Notes under the pieces: model-generated | Seen by the model: the letters and a program-made list of their open reading frames with translations, nothing else | Told to the model about the DNA's origin: nothing | The model's database searches: none | Shown: positions 16,979 through 23,720 of the stretch, one piece after another | How positions within the stretch are numbered: the first letter of the stretch is position 1 | How the letters are laid out: each line of letters starts with the position of its first letter | Position numbers and translations under genes: made by a program | DNA from: Scytonema hofmannii PCC 7110 | GTDB taxonomy: Bacteria; Cyanobacteriota; Cyanobacteriia; Cyanobacteriales; Nostocaceae | Reading direction: 5' to 3' | NCBI RefSeq assembly: GCF_000346485.2 | Contig: NZ_KQ976354.1 | Location: forward strand, 5,780,824 to 5,812,823 | Length of the DNA: 32,000 nucleotides

Positions 16979-17008
16979 CCCCCAAAACCATTGGGGGTTA
17001 TTTTTCTA
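16979..17008 (+). terminator. Intrinsic terminator of the 15236-16946 operon
   Basis: CCCCCAA (16979-16985), loop AACCA, TTGGGGG (16991-16997), then TTATTTTT. Confidence 0.55.
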
Positions 17009-17100
17009 CGTCCTCTTAAAGAAAAGACCGTGGTGCGATCGCGACAATTCTTCGTCCCAAACCAAGACGGGGAATCTCCTTGCAATGTCAAAACCCATCC

Positions 17101-17274
17101 TCAATCTTCCAAATACTTTTCACCAGTCTCAGACTCTTTTTTTTTCAACCAGTCTCTAATTGCCTCCTCTAAAGCCGCTGTTTGGGTGACTTCCAAACGA
17201 GCACAAGCCACTTCAAAGACAATTTTTAAATTTTTGGGTATTCTGCCGCGAACTTCTCTTGTCTCTTCTGCCAT
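17101..17274 (-). CDS. 57-aa ribbon-helix-helix (Arc/CopG-like) protein divergent from cas12k; below the ORF-track size cutoff
   Basis: My translation of the minus strand from ATG (17274-17272) to TGA (17103-17101): MAEETREVRGRIPKNLKIVFEVACARLEVTQTAALEEAIRDWLKKKESETGEKYLED. It shows a beta-strand then helix-helix pattern. It sits where V-K CASTs usually carry a cas12k regulator. Confidence 0.6.
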   Translation of the reverse strand: MAEETREVRGRIPKNLKIVFEVACARLEVTQTAALEEAIRDWLKKKESETGEKYLED

Positions 17275-17333
17275 TTAAACACGAAACCTTATTTCGGGCT
17301 TAATTGTTGCACAGTATATGAACAAAAATTAAG

Positions 17334-17378
17334 TTGCGCTAAAAAGCTCTTGCGCTATTGCGCGTTTGCGCTCATAAT
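17334..17378 (+). promoter_or_regulatory. Putative cas12k promoter overlapped by four TTGCGC repeats (candidate operator)
   Basis: TTGCGC at 17334, 17350, 17358 and 17366. TTGCGC(17350) plus a 17-nt spacer plus CATAAT (17373-17378) gives a sigma70-like -35/-10 pair ~115 nt upstream of the cas12k ATG. Confidence 0.4.
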
Positions 17379-17490
17379 AAAAGCGATAGTTAAAATCATC
17401 TGTTTGTAGAGTCTGCTTCGTCACTACAAAAAATTTTCCTACTCAGACATTTAAATTTCGTGCCCGTTCAATTGGTGCTAAATAACCCTT

Positions 17491-19428
17491 ATGAGCACAA
17501 TCACGATTCAATGCCGCCTAGTTGCAGAAGAAGCGACCCTGCGCTACTTTTGGGAACTTATGGCTGAGAAGAATACGCCACTCATTAATGAATTGTTGGA
17601 GCAGTTAGGACAACATCCAGATTTTGATACTTGGGTACAAGCAGGCAAGATGCCTGAAAAGACAGTTGAGAACTTGTGCAAGTCCCTAGAAGATCGAGAA
17701 CCTTTTGCAAATCAGCCCGGTCGTTTTCGTACTTCGGCAGTTGCTCTGGTAAAGTACATTTACAAATCCTGGTTTGCGTTACAAAAACGACGGGCGGACA
17801 GACTAGAAGGTAAAGAGCGCTGGTTAAAGATGCTCAAAAGTGATGTGGAACTGGAACGAGAAAGCAATTGTAGTTTGGATATTATTCGAGCTAAAGCTGG
17901 GGAAATTCTTGCTAAAGTTACTGAGGGGTGCGCTCCGAGCAATCAAACATCCTCTAAGAGAAAAAAGAAGAAGACTAAAAAAAGCCAAGCGACAAAAGAT
18001 CTCCCTACGCTTTTCGAGATTATATTAAAAGCTTACGAACAAGCTGAAGAAAGCCTGACACGAGCTGCCCTTGCTTATCTCCTTAAAAATGACTGTGAAG
18101 TCAGTGAAGTTGATGAAGATTCAGAGAAATTTAAAAAGCGACGGCGAAAAAAGGAAATAGAAATTGAACGTTTAAGAAATCAACTGAAAAGTCGGATACC
18201 TAAAGGTCGCGATTTAACCGGAGATAAGTGGTTGAAAACGCTAGAAGAAGCCACCCGAAATGTTCCTGAAAATGAGGATGAGGCAAAAGCTTGGCAAGCC
18301 CAACTCTTAAGAGAAGCTAGTTCTGTTCCTTTTCCTGTAGCTTATGAAACTAGTGAAGATATGACTTGGTTTACCAACGAGCAAGGTCGAATCTTTGTTT
18401 ACTTTAATGGTTCAGCCAAACATAAATTTCAAGTTTATTGCGATCGCCGTCAACTTCATTGGTTTCAACGTTTTGTAGAAGACTTTCAAATCAAGAAAAA
18501 TGGTGATAAAAAAGGTAGCGAAAAGGAGTACCCTGCTGGGTTATTGACGCTTTGTTCCACTCGTCTGAGATGGAAAGAAAGCGCGGAAAAAGGAGATCCT
18601 TGGAATGTTCATCGCCTAATTCTTTCTTGCACTATCGATACACGCTTATGGACACTTGAAGGAACGGAACAGGTGCGAGCTGAAAAGATCGCTCAGGTTG
18701 AAAAAACTATTAGCAAGCGGGAGCAAGAAGTTAATCTGAGTAAGACTCAACTTGAGCGTTTACAAGCCAAGCACAGTGAGAGGGAGAGATTGAACAATAT
18801 TTTTCCCAACCGCCCTAGCAAGCCCAGTTACCGGGGTAAATCTCATATTGCGATCGGTGTAAGCTTCAGTTTGGAAAACCCAGCCACTGTTGCCGTCGTA
18901 GATGTTGCAACCAAGAAAGTCCTTACTTACCGCAGTTTCAAACAATTACTCGGAGATAACTACAACCTTGCAAACCGGCTGCGGCAACAAAAGCAACGTC
19001 TTTCTCACGAACGTCACAAAGCTCAGAAACAAGGCGCACCAAATTCATTTGGAGACTCAGAGTTAGGGCAGTATGTAGACAGATTGCTAGCAAAATCGAT
19101 TGTCGCGATCGCAAAAACTTATCAAGCTAGTAGTATTGTCTTGCCTAAACTTCGCTATATGAGGGAAATCATACATAATGAAGTTCAAGCTAAAGCCGAA
19201 AAAAAGATTCCAGGATATAAAGAAGGTCAAAAACAATATGCCAAACAGTATCGGATAAGCGTTCATCAATGGAGTTATAATAGATTATCACAGATTCTTG
19301 AAAGCCAAGCTACAAAAGCTGGAATTTCAATTGAACGTGGATCGCAAGTAATCCAAGGTAGCTCCCAAGAACAAGCACGAGATTTAGCTTTATTTGCCTA
19401 TAACGAACGCCAACTTAGTCTGGGTTAG
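17491..19428 (+). CDS. cas12k: Cas12k (type V-K effector, nuclease-dead)
   Basis: MSTITIQCRL...NTPLINELLEQLGQHPDFDTW...RQLHWFQRFVEDFQ...HIAIGVSFSLENPATVAVVDV...SHERHKAQK...YAKQYRISVHQWSYNRL parallels ShCas12k as I remember it, along its whole length. RuvC motif I reads GVSFS, with Ser where the catalytic Asp would be. Confidence 0.95.
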   Translation: MSTITIQCRLVAEEATLRYFWELMAEKNTPLINELLEQLGQHPDFDTWVQAGKMPEKTVENLCKSLEDREPFANQPGRFRTSAVALVKYIYKSWFALQKRRADRLEGKERWLKMLKSDVELERESNCSLDIIRAKAGEILAKVTEGCAPSNQTSSKRKKKKTKKSQATKDLPTLFEIILKAYEQAEESLTRAALAYLLKNDCEVSEVDEDSEKFKKRRRKKEIEIERLRNQLKSRIPKGRDLTGDKWLKTLEEATRNVPENEDEAKAWQAQLLREASSVPFPVAYETSEDMTWFTNEQGRIFVYFNGSAKHKFQVYCDRRQLHWFQRFVEDFQIKKNGDKKGSEKEYPAGLLTLCSTRLRWKESAEKGDPWNVHRLILSCTIDTRLWTLEGTEQVRAEKIAQVEKTISKREQEVNLSKTQLERLQAKHSERERLNNIFPNRPSKPSYRGKSHIAIGVSFSLENPATVAVVDVATKKVLTYRSFKQLLGDNYNLANRLRQQKQRLSHERHKAQKQGAPNSFGDSELGQYVDRLLAKSIVAIAKTYQASSIVLPKLRYMREIIHNEVQAKAEKKIPGYKEGQKQYAKQYRISVHQWSYNRLSQILESQATKAGISIERGSQVIQGSSQEQARDLALFAYNERQLSLG

Positions 19429-19506
19429 TTATTAAAATACCGTACCTTGAAAATATCATAAGCTAATAAAGAATCAATACTTTACTACATTGTTTGACAG
19501 GCTCCC

Positions 19507-19540
19507 AAATCCCCAAATTCTTATAAGTTGTTGGGGATTT
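19507..19540 (+). terminator. Perfect 10-bp hairpin after cas12k, overlapping the putative tracrRNA -35
   Basis: AAATCCCCAA (19507-19516) / TTGGGGATTT (19531-19540) with a 14-nt loop. No strong U-tract follows, so terminator function is uncertain. Confidence 0.35.
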
Positions 19541-19565
19541 GGTCAACCTCACCTAATATGGTAGA

Positions 19566-19910
19566 GTACTAATAGCGCCGCAGTTCATGCTCTTTAAGAG
19601 TCTCTGTACTGTGGAAAATCTGGGTTAGTTTGACGGTTGGAAAACCGTTTTGCTTTCTGACCCTGGTAGCTGCCCGCTTCTCATGCTCTGACTTTTCACG
19701 TTATGTGGAAAAAGTAACGTAATTTCGTTAGTTAAGACTTACCGTAAAAAGTCAGTTCTGATGCTGCTGTCGCAAGACAGGATAGGTGCGCTCCCAGCAA
19801 AAGGAGTATGTCTTGAAAAAGACTAGCCGTTCTAGTAACGGTGCGGATTACCGCAGTGGTGGCTACTGAATCACCCCCTTCGTCGGGGGAACCCTCCCAA
19901 ATATTTTTTT
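19566..19910 (+). ncRNA. Type V-K tracrRNA (~345 nt, ends approximate)
   Basis: Blocks TAATAGCGCCGCAGTTCATGCT, GGGTTAGTTTGAC, TTGCTTTCTGACCCTGGTAGCTGC, CTGATGCTGCTGTC..GACAGGATAGGTGCGCTCCCAGCAA and GTGGCTACTGAATCACCCCC..GGGGGAACCCTCC match the ShCAST tracrRNA/sgRNA scaffold from memory. The candidate promoter is TTGGGG-17 nt-TAATAT (19531-19559). A T7 run at 19904-19910 follows the CCCCC/GGGGG hairpin. Confidence 0.8.
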
Positions 19911-20099
19911 GGCAAAGCCAAGCGGGGGCAAAAACCCTGAGGTCCTGCCAAAACACGGAAGCCCTTGTTATATCTTGATTTCAAAATCTAGGTTGTTAAT
20001 TAATTTAGTTTTTTGGTTTTAAGATAGAGCTACTTTTACGCAGCCTTGCCAAATATGCTTGTGTAACGCTCTAAATAATAAGGGTTTTAGACGGGTAGA

Positions 20100-21307
20100 G
20101 TTTCAACAACCATCCCGGCTAGGGGTGGGTTGAAAGTTGTTCCTATGGATCTAGAGTCAAACACGACTTACGCGTTTCAACAACCATCCCGGCTAGGGGT
20201 GGGTTGAAAGGTAAAAATTGAGTCTCTTGAAAGCCATCAAGCGCGTTTCAACAACCATCCCGGCTAGGGGTGGGTTGAAAGAGTGCGGGTGTAAAGATCG
20301 TGACGTGCAGAGGCGAGCGAGTTTCAACAACCATCCCGGCTAGGGGTGGGTTGAAAGTTCCACGGTGAAAATTTTTCGCTTACAACCCGCACCAGTTTCA
20401 ACAACCATCCCGGCTAGGGGTGGGTTGAAAGCAAATGGCACCGAGTCAAGCGCATGGGGAGATTTGTGTTTCAACAACCATCCCGGCTAGGGGTGGGTTG
20501 AAAGGCTAATAACTGTGCTAGAGCAAAAAATAAGTAACATGTTTCAACAACCATCCCGGCTAGGGGTGGGTTGAAAGCGAAATGAGCTTGGTAGATTTTT
20601 TAGCAAAATGGGACGTTTCAACAACCATCCCGGCTAGGGGTGGGTTGAAAGAGGCAATTGCCCTCAGCTGCACAAATTGCCCAAGGGTTTCAACAACCAT
20701 CCCGGCTAGGGGTGGGTTGAAAGATTCATTTGGATCGCAATCCCCTCAACTTCAAAAAGTTTCAACAACCATCCCGGCTAGGGGTGGGTTGAAAGAAGTC
20801 GGTTTCTTCCGCCGCCTTGCGTGGGAGTTTCAACAACCATCCCGGCTAGGGGTGGGTTGAAAGCGGAGGATGCGAGTTATCGCCTGATGCGATCGCACGT
20901 TTCAACAACTATCCCGGCTAGGGGTGGGTTGAAAGCCGATCCTTTGGAGTGGGCAGAAGATCTGAGAGTGCGAGTTTTAACAAGTATCCCGGCTAGAGGT
21001 GGGTTGAAAGAATTAACTCCTCCTAATGCGTATCTTCTGGCGTTTTTGGTTTCAACAACCATTCCGGCTAGGGGTAAGTTGAAAGGAGTGCCACTGTTGG
21101 TGGAATCCTGGTTGCGGCTGGAGTTTTAACAAGTATCCCGGCTAGAGGTGGGTTGAAAGATTGATGATGTACCGGGGTAGACCAATCCCTCCGGAATGTT
21201 TCAACAACCATCCGTACTAAAGATGGATTGAAAGATTTGGTGCAAAATAGGGTCAAGTTATTTTTCAAAAATTTCAACAATTATCTGGCTATAGAATCAG
21301 TTCAGTA
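20100..21307 (+). CRISPR. Type V-K CRISPR array: 16 repeats of 37 nt (20100-21234) plus a degenerate 17th (21271-21307); spacers 31-39 nt
   Basis: Repeat GTTTCAACAACCATCCCGGCTAGGGGTGGGTTGAAAG starts at 20100, 20174, 20245, 20321, 20395, 20468, 20541, 20615, 20687, 20759 and 20827. Variant copies start at 20899, 20974, 21049, 21123 and 21198. Degeneration toward the 3' end places the leader on the tracrRNA side. Confidence 0.97.
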
Positions 21308-21761
21308 GAAGATAGTAACAAAAAATTCACTTGTGTGAAGGCTAAAGAGAGGAGAACACGATATCAGGAGTGCGATTGAAATGCGTCCGTTAGTCACTGA
21401 ATTCTCCTGCCGAACTATCAACTAAAGAGCAAAAAGTTGCATATAGCAATCCTACCTGATTTGTGAAAAAATCTCAGTACTGTAGGGTGGGCTATGCCGC
21501 ACACATGATATTACTGGTGGACAATGCCCACTCTACCTGTATTTCAAAAATCAAATAGGAGTCCTATATACACTATATACACTTACGCAAAGCTAAACTA
21601 TTCGTATTTTTGAAGCAGATACGTCAGGAATTATTTGACTGTGAATTTCAAACAGAACTAGCAACAGTTTTCAAGGATAGTAGCGTCAGGTTGTGTCCAA
21701 TACCACTTTGGCTTAGGAAAGAGTAATCACACACAACTAAAATACAAAAGTAAGCCTAAAA

Positions 21762-21935
21762 TAGAGGTAAGTCTGGGGTGTTGACTCTGTGCCTTTTTTG
21801 GAGTGTTGTTCATGCAAAATTTGAGAATCTTGACTAGAACTGAAACTCTTGCTAAGTAACGCTTTCAACGAAAATAAAGCCATATAGTACAAATTTACTA
21901 AAAATCAACAAAATCAACACCCTAGGGTAAGTCTG
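21762..21935. mobile_element. MITE-like insertion: 9-bp terminal inverted repeats flanked by a ~13-nt direct duplication
   Basis: TAGAGGTAAGTCTG | GGGTGTTGA ...(~130 nt)... TCAACACCC | TAGGGTAAGTCTG. The inverted repeat is 21776-21784 / 21914-21922. The direct repeat is 21762-21775 / 21923-21935. Confidence 0.35.
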
Positions 21936-21968
21936 TCAATTAGTCCAGTAGCAAGACATTATGTTAGA

Positions 21969-22188
21969 CGACATTAATTTGTTAACGTTAGTTGGAACTA
22001 ATTCGACGACATTAATTCGTTAACAGCGACATTAATTTGTTAATCGACACTAAATGGAGAAACAGGACGACATTAATTTGCGAAAAGTTCCTATAATTGA
22101 ATTGATGAGACAAACTATTCTAAACGACATTAATTTGCGAAAAACGACACAAATTTGCGAATTACGACATTTAATTTGCGAATGTACA
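21969..22188. mobile_element. CAST transposon end (RE in ShCAST nomenclature; distal to tnsB) with 8 direct TnsB-binding-type repeats and terminal TGTACA
   Basis: CGACATTAATTTG(T/C)(T/G)AA-type repeats start at 21969, 22007, 22027, 22045 (degenerate), 22068, 22125, 22145 and 22165. The last one runs into ...AATTTGCGAATGTACA (22183-22188), analogous to the ShCAST end ...AATTTGTCACTGTACA as I recall it. Confidence 0.8.
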
Positions 22189-22485
22189 TTTGCGGTTCAT
22201 TTAAGTAGGTAGTCTTTGGGCGGGAAAGGAGTAGAAAACACTATAAACTACTTAAAAGAACATAATTTAAACCGCAGCAACTGATATGCTAGGGAGATTA
22301 TAGCGCTCGCTTTCCAACCCCACAAAACGAGGGATATTAGTTTTGCCAATTGTGATTTTTTCTGAGTTCTAATTTGAAAGGACAGGTTTTGCAATATTTT
22401 TAAAATCAGATTGTGGTTGCTAGCGATAAGCCGGGTACGGCTTGCGCTTCGCGAACGCACTGATTATACCTCACACAATTTTCAA

Positions 22486-23340
22486 TCAGCCATCAGCATA
22501 TGCTTTTTCCAACAAAGCTAAGGGGTCAGTCCAACGGCGAATTATCTGGGCTGGGGAGACAGTACGCCTCTGTTCGATGATTGCCAAGGTTTCTAACTGA
22601 TTGAGACACTCCTGTAATGCTTCTGTTTCTATACCAAGAATAGGCGCTAATCCCATTTTCTGCTGTAGGAGATCGTCGGTTAAAACAGAGGTTGTATCGC
22701 CAAAATCCCGTTCCCACAATTTGGCTAGAAAGTATCCAATTAGATAAGGATTGGGTAAAGTAGCATTTCTAGTAGTATATGTATCTTCGTCTAATGTAAG
22801 AAATTGGCAATACTTTAGAGGAGATTCTTCCTTGGTATTTTTATTAGGTGACAACGCATATGCTTTCAAAACAATCGTAAAGTTTTCCATGAGTCTCTTT
22901 TCAGAGTCCTGCTCAAAAATAACAGCGCTACATTGTACTAACTCATTTAGTGTGAAAGTAGGGAGTTCGGGTAAAAAACTATAAACGAAGTAAGACCAAC
23001 CACCCCAATCAGAAGGGTTGTCGGGTGGTTTTGCTAGTCCTTTGTCACCAAAGCTGAGGTAGAAGTGCATCAACCAGTCCGTGATGGTTGATTTTAGATA
23101 AGGGTCTTTTTCAAGAACAATCTTTCCTTCCGGGCTAAGGTAGTTGTCACGAACTAATCCTGCCCTCATCGCCCAACTTTTCATCGGAGCAACTTTCTTA
23201 TTTCCTAAACTTGTTCTCTCCATTAAGTTTTCTATAGTATCTTTTAAACCTTGTTCCTCAGCAGCTGTGCAAAGGATTTTAAGCAGGTCTTCTTTCTTAA
23301 GAGCAAATGTAGTGTGAAAACTAAGTTGTAACCTAGGCAT
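22486..23340 (-). CDS. DUF4007-like protein (SspB-like component of Ssp phosphorothioation systems)
   Basis: Size, the N-terminal SFHTTFAL...LGNKKVAPMKSWAMRAGLV pattern (DUF4007-like, from memory) and linkage to the cysteine desulfurase and PAPS-reductase genes. Confidence 0.5.
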   Translation of the reverse strand: MPRLQLSFHTTFALKKEDLLKILCTAAEEQGLKDTIENLMERTSLGNKKVAPMKSWAMRAGLVRDNYLSPEGKIVLEKDPYLKSTITDWLMHFYLSFGDKGLAKPPDNPSDWGGWSYFVYSFLPELPTFTLNELVQCSAVIFEQDSEKRLMENFTIVLKAYALSPNKNTKEESPLKYCQFLTLDEDTYTTRNATLPNPYLIGYFLAKLWERDFGDTTSVLTDDLLQQKMGLAPILGIETEALQECLNQLETLAIIEQRRTVSPAQIIRRWTDPLALLEKAYADG

Positions 23341-23464
23341 GAATGTTTTGTGGTAGAGAATAAAAATAGTATCTAGAGTTAATTAAGCCCTTACTTAGGA
23401 TGCCCAAAAAATTCCAAAGTGATACATCAAGACAGATTAAGTTTTTGATGTTCAACTCCAACTC

Positions 23465-23665
23465 TCATGGCTCCCGTCTCGGCGGTTTGTAGTTGTAATC
23501 TTCGTAGTAGTCAATTGTCCCAAACAACTCCAACACCTTAGACTGTTTGCGACGTTGTACATATTTGCCCAAGGCAACTTTGACCACATCACGCTCCGTT
23601 TGTTGATTGCCAAGGGCTAGGGCGTCTTGGATGAATGCTTTTTCTATTTGAATATTGATTGCCAT
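23465..23665 (-). CDS. VapB-family type II antitoxin-like protein with no adjacent toxin gene
   Basis: MAINIQIEKAFIQDALALGNQQTERDVVKVALGKYVQRRKQ..LELFGTIDYYEDYNYK follows the M..NI.ID..L..A....G..TK.E.V..AL...V.R... / G.I....DY.Y. pattern of VapB antitoxins. Confidence 0.55.
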   Translation of the reverse strand: MAINIQIEKAFIQDALALGNQQTERDVVKVALGKYVQRRKQSKVLELFGTIDYYEDYNYKPPRREP

Positions 23666-23720
23666 CCACTTACTTTTTGGGCAAACTACTATGTAATTAA
23701 GATTTTACATAAACCTTGCT

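Larger units (their letters stand above)
1..22188 (+). mobile_element. Type V-K CAST (Tn7-like), partial: tniQ 3' end, cargo, RHH regulator, cas12k, tracrRNA, CRISPR array, transposon end. tnsB/tnsC and the other end lie upstream of the window
   Basis: Co-occurrence of tniQ, cas12k, a ShCAST-like tracrRNA and the characteristic V-K repeat GTTTCAACAACCATCCCGGCTAGGGGTGGGTTGAAAG. Eight direct CGACATTAATTTG-type repeats end in TGTACA at 22183-22188. Confidence 0.85.

Noticed and set aside
16952-17278. 108-aa plus-strand ORF listed in the track
   Set aside because: It starts inside the terminator hairpin and is low-complexity. It is antisense to a much more convincing 57-aa RHH ORF (17101..17274, minus) located where CAST regulators sit.
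19732-19956. 74-aa minus-strand ORF
   Set aside because: It lies entirely antisense to the conserved tracrRNA scaffold, with no RBS or recognisable protein features.
20582-21280. ORFs 20582..20860, 20821..21129, 20877..21062 and 21068..21280 (VSTTIPARGGLK repeats)
   Set aside because: They are translations of the CRISPR repeats, not genes.
21481-21538. Hairpin GTAGGGTGGGC...GCCCACTCTAC
   Set aside because: It looks like one of the common short palindromic dispersed repeats of filamentous cyanobacteria. There is a single imperfect copy here and no evidence for a specific function.
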